This document shows, piece by piece, positions 16,828-25,479 of a stretch of DNA of 64,000 nucleotides; position 1 is the stretch's first letter, and each line of letters opens with the position of its first letter. The DNA is taken from the NCBI GenBank assembly GCA_964632415.1, contig CAZWDM010000002.1, positions 3,039 through 67,038 on the forward strand, in the 5' to 3' direction. The notes under the pieces are model-generated. The model did not search any database. It was not told the origin of the DNA and saw only the letters and a program-made list of their open reading frames with translations. The translations under genes and the position numbers were made by a program. The DNA is from an uncultured Dehalococcoidia bacterium. GTDB lineage: Bacteria > Chloroflexota > Dehalococcoidia > Lucifugimonadales > JADFKI01.

Positions 16828-17424
16828 GTGTCCAGCATCCCGGAACGGATCATGGAGCGCGCCGGAAATCTGCCGGAAGGAGCGCCGTTGTGTCCGAACG
16901 CGTTCCTAGACTTCGGAAAACGAGCGGCCATCGACAAGGCTTTCTCACGGCTCGCCCGCGCGGGAAGGTTGATGAGGATTTGCCAGGGGGTTTATGTGCT
17001 GCCTGTACAGACTCGTTTCGGCGACCGGCCTCCGTCGCTGCAAAAGGTCGTTGATTCTTGGACCGAGCTTTTCGAGGAAACGATAGTGCCGTCTGGCGGC
17101 TCAGCGGCTAACGCCTTCGGATTGACGACCCAGGTGCCGGTCAAGCAGATTTATCTCACTTCGGGACCGAACCGGGAGCTGTCGCTGGGCGAATTGAAAG
17201 TGACGCTGCGCCACGCCCCGCGTTGGCAGTTGACGGCGCCGCGACGACCGGCCGGCGACGCCGTGCGAGCAATGTCGTGGATCGGACGGGCCGAGGCGAG
17301 CGAAGCCCTCGAGAAGATCGGGAAACGACTCTCGCGCGAAGATTTGAGCGAACTGGCCGACAAGCGCGCCGTGATGCCCGACTGGATGGCGGAAACTGTG
17401 AGCGAGATGATCGCCCGTGCATGA
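16828..17424 (+). CDS. abiEi: AbiEi-family type IV antitoxin / transcriptional regulator (DUF6088-like)
   Basis: FLDFGKRAAIDKAFSRLARAGRLMRICQGVYVLP...SGGSAANAFGLTTQVPVKQIYLTSG. GTG 16828 is preceded by AAAAGGAG. The track start at 16735 is probably too far upstream. Confidence 0.8.
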   Translation: MSSIPERIMERAGNLPEGAPLCPNAFLDFGKRAAIDKAFSRLARAGRLMRICQGVYVLPVQTRFGDRPPSLQKVVDSWTELFEETIVPSGGSAANAFGLTTQVPVKQIYLTSGPNRELSLGELKVTLRHAPRWQLTAPRRPAGDAVRAMSWIGRAEASEALEKIGKRLSREDLSELADKRAVMPDWMAETVSEMIARA

Positions 17425-17500
17425 AGCTCCGTACCAGTCGCTGTCCCTCGACGATCGTCGCGAAGCCCTCGAAGTCGCATCCGCCTGAACAGGACGACGC

Positions 17501-18457
17501 GTGCAGCTGCTCGAGAAAGACGTGTGGGTCGTCGCTACGCTGGAAGCACTGTTCGGCTGTCATTTCGGAGGAGGTCTCACGTTCAAGGGAGGCACTTCGC
17601 TGTCCAAGGCGTACAACGCCATAAACCGGTTCTCGGAAGACCTCGACATCACGTACGACATACGTCGCATCGCCCATGATTTCGCAGGGATCGACGCTCC
17701 GGAAGCATTGCCCGTCAGTCGAAGCCAAGAAAACAGATGGACCAGCGTTATTAGGAGACGTCTCGCCGAATGGGTCGAAACCTGCGCTAGAGGTGCTGTC
17801 GAAACGAAATTGACGGAGCTGGGCCAACCTGTGCAGGTGCGTTCCACTCGAGCGAACATGTTCGTGGAATACGAGCCGCTGTTCGACGGTTACGATTATG
17901 TCCGGCCCCATGTGCTGGTGGAATTCGGGGCGCGTGCCACGGGAGAGCCCCGGAAGGAGTTTCAGCTTGAGTGCGATGCGGCGCAAGCCTTGCCCGAAGT
18001 CGGTTTCCCGACGGCTCGCGCGTGGGTCATGACGGCCGAGCGCACGTTCTGGGAAAAGGCCACGGCCATGCACGTCCATTGCCTCCAGCATCGGGACAGA
18101 GGCGAGCGGTTTTCCCGTCACTGGTACGACCTTTTCCGTCTCGACGCGGCAGGCGTTGCAAACAGCGCGATCATCGACCGCGCTCTGGCAGAGTCGGTCG
18201 CTAGGCACAAATCGATGTTCTTCCGCGAAAGGGACGCTTCCGGTGATTGGATCGACTATTTGACCGCGGTGCGCGGAGACTTGGAGCTCGTGCCCGGCGG
18301 TTCGACGTACGACGCATTGGCAGAAGACTACGAGAGGATGCTCGACGACGGCATGCTGTTCGATGGCGAGAGTTTCGAGGAAGTGATGGCCGGGTGCGCG
18401 GCCATACAAGGCAAGGCGAATCGGTTAGGGTCGCAGCACGATCCATCGGCGGTTTGA
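17501..18457 (+). CDS. abiEii: AbiEii/AbiGii-family nucleotidyltransferase toxin (DUF1814), N-terminally interrupted
   Basis: LLEKDVWVVATLEALF...GGLTFKGGTSLSKAY...RFSEDLDITYD. The same frame is also coding-like from GTG 17417, which overlaps the abiEi stop, but it is broken by TGA at 17486-17488. Confidence 0.75.
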   Translation: MQLLEKDVWVVATLEALFGCHFGGGLTFKGGTSLSKAYNAINRFSEDLDITYDIRRIAHDFAGIDAPEALPVSRSQENRWTSVIRRRLAEWVETCARGAVETKLTELGQPVQVRSTRANMFVEYEPLFDGYDYVRPHVLVEFGARATGEPRKEFQLECDAAQALPEVGFPTARAWVMTAERTFWEKATAMHVHCLQHRDRGERFSRHWYDLFRLDAAGVANSAIIDRALAESVARHKSMFFRERDASGDWIDYLTAVRGDLELVPGGSTYDALAEDYERMLDDGMLFDGESFEEVMAGCAAIQGKANRLGSQHDPSAV

Positions 18458-18679
18458 CTTGTGATGTTCGCGCACGCCATCAACGTCCGCGATAGGGAAG
18501 TCAGGTGTTTTCGCCGCATCGGACGCGGCAGGCACGTGCCGGCGATACTGTGACATACTTCGAATGCGGCGACAAGACGAACCTGTCGTATGATGCATCA
18601 TCCCTGGCTCCGGCGAAGGACGACCTCCATCAAGCCGCAAGTGCATCGGCGACGGTAACGCATTGCAGCGGAGAAGCCG

Positions 18680-18772
18680 ATGAGCAGCTGGGCGAACAAC
18701 GGACTCGTAATCGGTCTGGTCGTAGGACTCGTGGCAGGGCTGGCTGCGGAGTCCGAGGTCAGTTTCACATGA
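18680..18772 (+). CDS. Possible 30-aa hydrophobic peptide
   Basis: ATG 18680 follows GGAGAAG. It encodes MSSWANNGLVIGLVVGLVAGLAAESEVSFT, which would be a single TM helix. It is too short for the ORF track, and I translated it by hand. Confidence 0.2.
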   Translation: MSSWANNGLVIGLVVGLVAGLAAESEVSFT

Positions 18773-18785
18773 CACGGATAATCAG

Positions 18786-19559
18786 TTGAGGCAATCAGCT
18801 AAAGTGACGACCGACACGCCGAACAAAAGCGTTCAGATCGTCGTTTGCGCGTTGAACAACTGGCGGATGCATGTGAATTGCAAAGGGCTGGACGAGCCGT
18901 TGGACACGTCGAAATTCGAAGCGCTCCAACGAATCATGAACGAGTTCGGCAGGGAATGTCATTTGACGTTCATCTGGGTCGCCGGGTTCATCGGCAGCCT
19001 CGAAACCGTCCGGCGCCAGTTGGAGATCAACGTTGAACCAGACGGGTGGATAGGTGTGGCGAGCGAACGCTTGGACGGCTACGCCCGGAGCTTGCCCACA
19101 CGCATCAGGCGAGAAGAGGCGTTGCAGGCTTTCGCGGACGGCGACCGCTTCGAAGCTTTTTGCACCCGGTCTTTCGTGACGCTCGTTTCGACGCACTGGA
19201 ACGATGTGGCACGGCTTAGGATAGCCGAAACGCTCAGAGTGGAACCCGATACCGTCCGCTCGCAGGTCATGCACGAGTGGCGACTGTTGCGGAACTGGTT
19301 GACACACCGCAGCAGACGGGGCGAGGATCAGTATTTCAACGATGCCGTGATCCTTCCCGGCCTCGTGGATTCGCAAAGAGGGAATCCCGAAATTTCGGCG
19401 GCGGCGATTCCGCATTTGATGGACGAGATCAATGTGCTCAACATCAACGTCGACCCGCTGAATCTTGGATTGCCGGACCATGCGACCTCTAGGGCGGACC
19501 GGGAATCGGCGACACCCGGGCAGACTGCGCAATATCCGATGCAGCAGCCACAGCTTTGA
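18786..19559 (+). CDS. Hypothetical protein with a HEPN-like Rx4H motif
   Basis: 257 aa with protein-like composition. HEWRLLRNWLTHRS contains RNWLTH (R-N-x3-H), as seen in many HEPN RNases. The start is uncertain. Confidence 0.4.
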   Translation: MRQSAKVTTDTPNKSVQIVVCALNNWRMHVNCKGLDEPLDTSKFEALQRIMNEFGRECHLTFIWVAGFIGSLETVRRQLEINVEPDGWIGVASERLDGYARSLPTRIRREEALQAFADGDRFEAFCTRSFVTLVSTHWNDVARLRIAETLRVEPDTVRSQVMHEWRLLRNWLTHRSRRGEDQYFNDAVILPGLVDSQRGNPEISAAAIPHLMDEINVLNINVDPLNLGLPDHATSRADRESATPGQTAQYPMQQPQL

Positions 19560-19785
19560 CTTCGTCGGTCTCGACCTGCTTCGACGAATCGTCGCCCCCG
19601 TAGACGACCGGGGACGCGTTGGTCGACATGAGGCTCGGCATTCACGCACTCGTCAAAGCGAATTCCGCGGATTGAAACGGGCGCACATGTATCGCGCCGT
19701 TGTCAAGGCGTCGCAACTCTCGATCCGGTCGCCGGCGTTTCCCGAGACCATGTTGACGCGGATGCAGATCAGGGCATGTGTACAT

Positions 19786-20727
19786 TCACAGCTCGTTCAT
19801 CTCATCGGGATAGTCGGAGTCCACGTGCCGCGAAGCGTTGAAACGTGACATGACAAGGCGATATCCCAACCATGTCATTGCTCCTGCGATTCCAACCAGA
19901 CCGCAGGTCATCGAAAAATTCAGGAGCCTCGCCAAATATTTCGACACACCCCAGTTTTCTTGAATCCACCAGCCACGGTAGAAATAATCAGCAGGAATTC
20001 CGAAAGCAATTTCGATGATTTGCGACAACACGCCAGCGACCAAAACCGTGATGCCGGCAATCACACAAATTGCTCTGTTGGAATTTGTCGCGCCTTGAGG
20101 GTCAGACCTGTCGCGATACGCCCATATCATGGCACCAACTGTAGCCACCCACAGAAATAAGAAGAGCGGCCAGTAGTCAACGAAATTGCCGATGTTCAAT
20201 AGAAGCACAGCGATTGCAGATGATTGCGCTGCCAATCCGGCCACCGTGAACAAGAAGTATTTCAAGCACCTGATGCGGCGGGACGCCTCGTCGAGAGCAG
20301 CAACTGCATGTTCGGCAACGATAAAACCCATCCACGCAAGTGCGATCCAAACAACTCCGATCATCCCTACATCCCATAAACCCATCACCCATCCCGAACT
20401 GAACAAAACCACCAGCGAGCGACGAAGCCATTTCGCTCCGGACCTTTCCGAAAAGAATGAGAACATACAAGCCAACATCCAGATCCCTAGCAGCAAATCG
20501 ATGACGGTATCTCCTGCGCCCAGGGTTTGATATTCGGCCAGAAACCGCTCCTTGGTCGTTTGGTGCGACAGGAAAACATATACGGAAAGCCATAGGCCGA
20601 TCATCCCGTAGTTCAGGCGGGCAGGATTACGCTTCACCCATTCGACAGGGCCGATCCAGTCGGAGAACTCGGAACGAAAGGCGTTGCTCGCGAAACCTGA
20701 GACAGCGGCCACGGCTTTTGTCAACAT
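19786..20727 (-). CDS. Polytopic membrane protein, unknown function
   Basis: 313 aa with about 8 hydrophobic segments (for example GMIGLWLSVYVFL, LLGIWMLACMFSFF, VAGLAAQSSAIAVLLL, LFLFLWVATVGAMIWAY). Confidence 0.6.
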   Translation of the reverse strand: MLTKAVAAVSGFASNAFRSEFSDWIGPVEWVKRNPARLNYGMIGLWLSVYVFLSHQTTKERFLAEYQTLGAGDTVIDLLLGIWMLACMFSFFSERSGAKWLRRSLVVLFSSGWVMGLWDVGMIGVVWIALAWMGFIVAEHAVAALDEASRRIRCLKYFLFTVAGLAAQSSAIAVLLLNIGNFVDYWPLFLFLWVATVGAMIWAYRDRSDPQGATNSNRAICVIAGITVLVAGVLSQIIEIAFGIPADYFYRGWWIQENWGVSKYLARLLNFSMTCGLVGIAGAMTWLGYRLVMSRFNASRHVDSDYPDEMNEL

Positions 20728-20745
20728 GATTGTCAGATTCCCTCT

Positions 20746-21079
20746 CTACGGCAGTTTGTCGAAATGGACGGCGTTGCACTCGGCGGTTGACAACCCGTAG
20801 CACGAGTTCGGATCGATGTCGCGCGTCGGGATCGGCGTGGGGGCCACGAAGAAGCACCGATACCCCTCGATTCCGAAAACGACGATCCAAGCCACCACGA
20901 TTGCGACCAAGGCGATCCCAGCCAAGACCGCCATGAGCACGAAGCCCCACTGCGATCATCATCGCGCCCGCGCAAATTTTCAGGGAATTATATTGCCAAT
21001 TACCCATAAACTGCTTGAAGCTGCTTTGCGGATCAGTTTCGATCCGGGGCGCGACATCGGTTGAGGTAGTCCCACTCAT
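20746..21079 (-). pseudogene. Small membrane protein split by a frameshift at a homopolymer run
   Basis: ATG 21079 gives MSGTTS...KICAGAMMIAVG. It continues sensibly only in the +1 frame, as (F)VLMAVLAGIALVAIVVAWIVVFGIEGYRCFF to the stop at 20746. The junction is the C4/G4 run at 20945-20948, and the span of 334 nt is not divisible by 3. Confidence 0.35.
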
Positions 21080-21290
21080 CGTCTTTTCGGAGTGGATGGG
21101 CCGCGTCCGTGACGTGTTGGAATCCAAATGAGATGCATACATTGGTTGAAGCGGCCAACCCACCCACTTTCATCGGTCCGGAAACGCAAAAAACGCTACA
21201 TATATGGAGAGGCAGGAACAGGCCGCCACATTAATGGCGACCTATCCTGTATCAGCGAACTAGAGTCGTGCGCTGACCGGTTCCGTCCTC

Positions 21291-21752
21291 CTAGAACAGC
21301 CTCGGCGCCTGTTGTTCCTCCTGCGCTGTCACCTGCTGACGCTGGTTGCGGCGCCGGGCCGGCGGAGCGGGCCGCTCGTAGGCGGGATGCTTCGGCGTCT
21401 CCTCCCACCTCGCCTTCGCTCTGTCGGCCACCGCCGCGACTGCCTGCGCCAGCTCAGCCAATTCCGCGTCGTCGAAGGCCTCGATGTGCGGGTCCGACGA
21501 GGGCTGTTGCACTCCGACGGTGGCCCTTCTCCCATTGATCGAGACGACGACCTTCAGTTCTTCCGCTGCGTCGGTCTGGGTCTCGTCGCCAGCAGTTTCA
21601 GGGGCATCGTCCGAGCCCTGGGAGGCTTTCGCCGTCTCCTCTTCCAGTCCCTGCTCCTCGACGACCGTTGCGTCCGGGCGGGTTGTTGCCGTTCCGTTTT
21701 CGTCCGGCATCGATCTTCTCCTTTCGTTGGTCTTACCTTCGGCTGCGTCCAC
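21291..21752 (-). CDS. Hypothetical acidic protein on the element backbone
   Basis: 153-aa ORF starting 12 nt after the DUF2958 gene. The N-terminal half is acidic and low-complexity. No motif recognised. Confidence 0.45.
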   Translation of the reverse strand: MDAAEGKTNERRRSMPDENGTATTRPDATVVEEQGLEEETAKASQGSDDAPETAGDETQTDAAEELKVVVSINGRRATVGVQQPSSDPHIEAFDDAELAELAQAVAAVADRAKARWEETPKHPAYERPAPPARRRNQRQQVTAQEEQQAPRLF

Positions 21753-21764
21753 ACGCGCCGTCGG

Positions 21765-22151
21765 CTAGGCCGCCAATCTCGACGACTCTCTCGTGATTTC
21801 GCCGATGGTCTTCGGCTCCCAGTAGAGGTCGCGCTCGATGGCGGGGACGCCGCCGAACACCGTCGTCTGCGCGAGCTCCTCGAGCCCGAAGTAGCCCCAC
21901 TCCGTGTCGAAACCCTCGACTAGCCCGAAGCAGAGGCCGGTCTCGGCCTCCCATTCCGTGACGTACCAGGTCCAGCTGCTGAAGGGGCTGAACAGCTTCA
22001 CGTTCGCAATGACGCTCTCGCCGTCCTCGACGTTCTGCGTGGCGCCGAGGGCGGGAATCTTCTTCCCGATCTCCTCTGTCACCAGTTCGTGCCCGCGCAA
22101 CCCGCTGAGGTTGTCGTGCCATGTGGTCGTGGTTTTCTTTTCGTCTGCCAT
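21765..22151 (-). CDS. DUF2958-like protein (common on ICEs and plasmids)
   Basis: VKLFSPFSSWTWYVTEWEAETGLCFGLVEGFDTEWGYFGLEELAQ...IERDLYWEP matches my memory of the DUF2958 signature. Confidence 0.65.
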   Translation of the reverse strand: MADEKKTTTTWHDNLSGLRGHELVTEEIGKKIPALGATQNVEDGESVIANVKLFSPFSSWTWYVTEWEAETGLCFGLVEGFDTEWGYFGLEELAQTTVFGGVPAIERDLYWEPKTIGEITRESSRLAA

Positions 22152-22230
22152 GGTTTCTCCTTTTTCGTTTCTCGTACGTTGGGGTCACGCGCGCCCTTCT
22201 AAGGGGCGTCGGCGCCCCGCCGCGCGCCGG

Positions 22231-23052
22231 CTACGCCCGGTTTTCCGGGTTTGCGTCCGCCCCGACCAGCCGCTCCACGGCTTCGGGAGTGACGTATGTC
22301 GGGTTGATCGTGCCCCGGTCCATGTCCAGGTAGAGGCTCATGAACGGGCAGGTTCCGGCAACCATGCGGCGCACCACCTGCAGGACCAGCGATGCCATCA
22401 TCTGGTTGATGGTCGGGTCCTGGTCGACGAGGTCGAGCGCCGCCGCGCAGTCCACGTCCGGCGGCCTGGCCGACACGGCGGTCAGCAGGTCGGGCCGTTG
22501 CAGCGTGGGCGCGGGAGCCAGGTGGCAGGTCTCCCCGGTGAAGGGAGTTTCCTCCAGGAACAGCCTCTCGGCGACGTTGCCGATCAGGACCTGCCCCCAG
22601 TTGTCGTCGTTGCCCGCGTCGATCAGCCAGCGTCGCGGGTCGCCCGGCAGACACTCGGCCATCGCCCTGCGCGCGGCGGCGTTGTCGACGCAGCCGATCA
22701 CGAGGCTGTCGCGGCACGCGGGCAGGCCGGGGTAGCCGTGCCCGTGGGGCCGGAAGTCCCGGTCGTACTCCCGGAAGGGGTAGACCGAGTAGCCGACCGG
22801 ACGCCCGAAGGTTTTCGCGAGCCGGTCGGCCAGGGCCTTGCTCTTGAACTGTCCGACGTCTTCCGGATGGAAGTTCTGGCGCAGCAGGTTGTGCGGCTCC
22901 ACCCGGTCGTGGTCGACCAGGACTATCGTGGCCTGCCTGCCCTGGAAGAGTCTGCAGAGACCCTCGGCGACGAATCCTCCGGTGCCGCCGCAGCCGACCA
23001 CCGTGATCCAGGGATCGTCCAGCAGGAACGCGTTGTCCAGGTGGTAGGGCAT
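22231..23052 (-). CDS. ThiF-family E1-like adenylating enzyme (PRTRC ThiF type)
   Basis: ITVVGCGGTGGFVAEGLCRL (GxGxxG) and VLVDHDRVEPHNLLRQNF. AAGGAGG lies upstream of the ATG. Confidence 0.85.
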   Translation of the reverse strand: MPYHLDNAFLLDDPWITVVGCGGTGGFVAEGLCRLFQGRQATIVLVDHDRVEPHNLLRQNFHPEDVGQFKSKALADRLAKTFGRPVGYSVYPFREYDRDFRPHGHGYPGLPACRDSLVIGCVDNAAARRAMAECLPGDPRRWLIDAGNDDNWGQVLIGNVAERLFLEETPFTGETCHLAPAPTLQRPDLLTAVSARPPDVDCAAALDLVDQDPTINQMMASLVLQVVRRMVAGTCPFMSLYLDMDRGTINPTYVTPEAVERLVGADANPENRA

Positions 23053-23058
23053 TCTTGT

Positions 23059-23802
23059 TCACCTCCTTGTTCCTGGTTGTCTGTCTCGTGCCGTATCCGG
23101 CTTTTCGGCGATCAGCCGGACGCCCGGCGGCGGCCCGTCGAACACCTGCGTCCACTTTGCCGGGGCGAAGTGTCCGTAGACGCCGACCCGGAGGCTCAGT
23201 TCCGGCTCGGGGGCGTCGAGGTGTCCGGCGACGCCGTAGATGCGGAACCCCTGCTCGTCCTCGTCGTCGGTCTTCGAGAAGAAGGCGGGGAAGGTTCCGT
23301 GCGAGTGGAACTCGGCCACCGCTCCGGCGAGCGGCTCGTACTCGAGGGACGAAGCCGTCCCTTGCTGCAGGGGCACCGCCGGGCGGTAGGCGTTCCCGTC
23401 CCAGCGCACGGCGAAGAACCGCTCGGTGCGCGGATCGTCCATGAACCAGCGCAGGCCCGCCTCGAACAGGCGCGCCGGGATCGGGCCGTGGACGAGTTCC
23501 ACCTTTTCCTCGACGGGAGCGAGTCCCCGCACCTCGCACCGGGCGACCAGCACCCGCGCGGCGAGGTGCGCGCTCTCGGACTGGACGTGCAGGCCGCCCG
23601 ATCCGAGCACGTAGTCGTATCCGATCCCTTGATCACCGGAGAGTCCGGTCGGGTGGTTGACGAGGTGCCCCACCGGTCTTTGCCGGCGATCGGCGGCGGC
23701 ATCGTCACCAGCGGCGGCCCGGTCTCCCTTCCGACACCGCGATCGCATGGGCCACGGTGCACTGGGGGACGAGGTCCTCTGTCGGGTACTCTTTCTTTCC
23801 AT
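23059..23802 (-). CDS. JAB/MPN (JAMM) metallopeptidase (PRTRC protein A type)
   Basis: EFHSHGTFPAFFSKTDDED is an exact HxHx7Sx2D JAMM motif. The true start is probably internal (for example GTG 23673), because the upstream gene ends at 23705. Confidence 0.8.
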   Translation of the reverse strand: MERKSTRQRTSSPSAPWPMRSRCRKGDRAAAGDDAAADRRQRPVGHLVNHPTGLSGDQGIGYDYVLGSGGLHVQSESAHLAARVLVARCEVRGLAPVEEKVELVHGPIPARLFEAGLRWFMDDPRTERFFAVRWDGNAYRPAVPLQQGTASSLEYEPLAGAVAEFHSHGTFPAFFSKTDDEDEQGFRIYGVAGHLDAPEPELSLRVGVYGHFAPAKWTQVFDGPPPGVRLIAEKPDTARDRQPGTRR

Positions 23803-24412
23803 CTATCTCCTCCCATAGCGCCAGAAGGTCGTCGGGATGCTTCTGCGAGCGGTTCTTCGAATCTCCCGTGAGGGAGAAGAAGGACCGGAAGAACGACTCG
23901 GGGATCTCCCTCGCGTCGTCGGGGAACTTGTGGCTTCCCGGGCAGACCCGTCCGTCGCCGAAGACGTTGAAGGCGGGCATGCGGTAGAGCGTCTGCTCAG
24001 GGTCGACGGGCCTCCTCTGCGCGGCGTAGACCCGCGGCGCACGGCCCGGCGAGCAGACGAAGACCAGCCCCGGCATCGGGAGGCGGAGCCGCGCGGGCGG
24101 CTCGAACGCCTCCCGCTGCAGGGCGACGGGCCAGACCTGAGGGGCTCGCCAAAGGCCGACTGTCATCCCGGTCTCGCCCTGCCCCCACCAGACGGTGTTC
24201 TCCGGGAGCAGCCCGGAGGAGAAGCCGATGTGCCGGGTGAACACGTTGGCGATCTCGTCGGCGGAGACGGTCCTGACCCAGTCGGCCTCGCGCTCGAAGC
24301 CGCGCAGCAGGATCGTCTCCCCGTAGACTTCCAGCTGCGCCTTCAAGACGTCTCTGGGCGCGTCCGACGCGCCCGGCAGGGACCACTCGGTCCTTTCGGC
24401 GTCACTGTCCAT
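23705..24412 (-). CDS. E2/UBC-like protein (PRTRC protein B type)
   Basis: 235 aa. LYRMPAFNVFGDGRVCPGSHKFP resembles the E2 HPN...C active-site stretch. It overlaps both neighbours. Confidence 0.6.
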   Translation of the reverse strand: MDSDAERTEWSLPGASDAPRDVLKAQLEVYGETILLRGFEREADWVRTVSADEIANVFTRHIGFSSGLLPENTVWWGQGETGMTVGLWRAPQVWPVALQREAFEPPARLRLPMPGLVFVCSPGRAPRVYAAQRRPVDPEQTLYRMPAFNVFGDGRVCPGSHKFPDDAREIPESFFRSFFSLTGDSKNRSQKHPDDLLALWEEIDGKKEYPTEDLVPQCTVAHAIAVSEGRPGRRW

Positions 24413-25262
24413 GGTCGTCGTCCTCTTGTTCGTGTTCGTGTCCGTGTTCGTTTGCGGGCAGCCGGGGCAGGACGAAGTCCAGCACTTCGGCGAAGCGTCC
24501 GGGCAGGTCCTCCTCCAGCCAGTCGGCCATCCGGCCCACCGAGTCCATCTGGGCGCTCGCCCTGCGCCACTCCGCAGCGCCCTCGGCGATGACGTCGTCC
24601 TCCCAAGGGTCGGAAAAGCCTTCGTACCACCCGTCGTCGTAGCTGTGGTCGAGGAAGAAGTTCCCGGTCTCGGCGAATACCCAGGAGCAGGCCATCGCGG
24701 CCCCCTCGAACCGGGTCCCTTCGACCGCGTTCTTCAAGTCGTCGATGGGCGCGCCGTCCCGAGGGATCCTAAGCAGCGTCTCCCGCGGTATGCGCTCCGC
24801 GGCCGACTCCAGCCAGGCCGTGCGGATCTCGTCCGCGCCGCACAAGAGGGCTTCGTGGGGCTTGACCAGCAGGGCGAGCGCCGAGATCCCGTCGCGGCAG
24901 CAGTCCCACAGCTCGTGGAGGGCGTCGTATCCGAATCCCATGAGGTCGAAGGGGATGCCCCGCCTGAGCCATGTCCACGGAGGTTCGTCCGGATCGGAAT
25001 CGATCCAGTACTCCATGAAGGGCGCGTGGAGCGGGAAGTGGCGCTCCGCGAAGAGTTCGGCGAACCGCGCCACCCTCGTGCGCACGGCGGGGGCCGACAG
25101 CACTTCCTCCGATTCTTCGGGAAAGAGGCGGCGCACCAGCCCGGCGAACCATGCGTAGTCGTCGGCGTGTCCGACGATGACGACCAGCTCCCGCAGCGAC
25201 GGCGGACGCTGCAGGAGTTTCTCGCCGAGGCCGCTCAGGAGCGGCGGCCGCGCAGCTTCCAT
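24402..25262 (-). CDS. Helical protein of the Ubl cassette, unknown function (possibly PRTRC protein F type)
   Basis: 286-aa acidic Trp-rich ORF (WTWLRRGIPFDLMGFGYDALHELWDCC) with a His/Asp/Glu-rich tail. It overlaps the genes on both sides. Confidence 0.5.
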   Translation of the reverse strand: MEAARPPLLSGLGEKLLQRPPSLRELVVIVGHADDYAWFAGLVRRLFPEESEEVLSAPAVRTRVARFAELFAERHFPLHAPFMEYWIDSDPDEPPWTWLRRGIPFDLMGFGYDALHELWDCCRDGISALALLVKPHEALLCGADEIRTAWLESAAERIPRETLLRIPRDGAPIDDLKNAVEGTRFEGAAMACSWVFAETGNFFLDHSYDDGWYEGFSDPWEDDVIAEGAAEWRRASAQMDSVGRMADWLEEDLPGRFAEVLDFVLPRLPANEHGHEHEQEDDDHGQ

Positions 25263-25465
25263 CGCATCGCCTCCAGAAGTCTCGCCGTGCCCGAGGCGTG
25301 GTCCTGCGCCTGGACGCAGGCGGCCTCCACCTCCGGCTGCCGTGCGGCCGCGGCGTCCAGGTCGATGGTGCCGTCGGGCCGTTCGAGCTCCGCCGCGAGC
25401 TCGATTATGCGCAGGTTTACCGGCGGCACGGCCGCCAGCAGTTCCGCGAGTTGGTTGCTGTCCAT
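25235..25465 (-). CDS. Small acidic protein of the Ubl cassette
   Basis: 76-aa ORF between the Ubl gene and the 286-aa gene, overlapping the latter by 28 nt. No motif recognised. Confidence 0.4.
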   Translation of the reverse strand: MDSNQLAELLAAVPPVNLRIIELAAELERPDGTIDLDAAAARQPEVEAACVQAQDHASGTARLLEAMRWKLRGRRS

Positions 25466-25479
25466 CGCTTCGCCCTCCT

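Noticed and set aside
17156-18409. A 417-aa minus-strand ORF covering abiEi and abiEii.
   Set aside because: It is antisense to two genes with strong family signatures, and I recognised no motif of its own.
19600-19620. Recurrence of GGGACGCG-like octamers (19609, 37179, 41412 and others), considered as extra copies of the repeat motif.
   Set aside because: Such 8-mers are expected by chance in 64 kb of GC-rich DNA. Only the 17-mer shared by 37372 and 57016, and the full-length A/B alignment, are convincing.
21904-23871. A 655-aa plus-strand ORF and a 446-aa minus-strand ORF (22199-23539) across the ThiF/JAB region.
   Set aside because: Both are low-complexity Arg/Pro/Gly translations. The competing frames carry exact GxGxxG and JAMM motifs.
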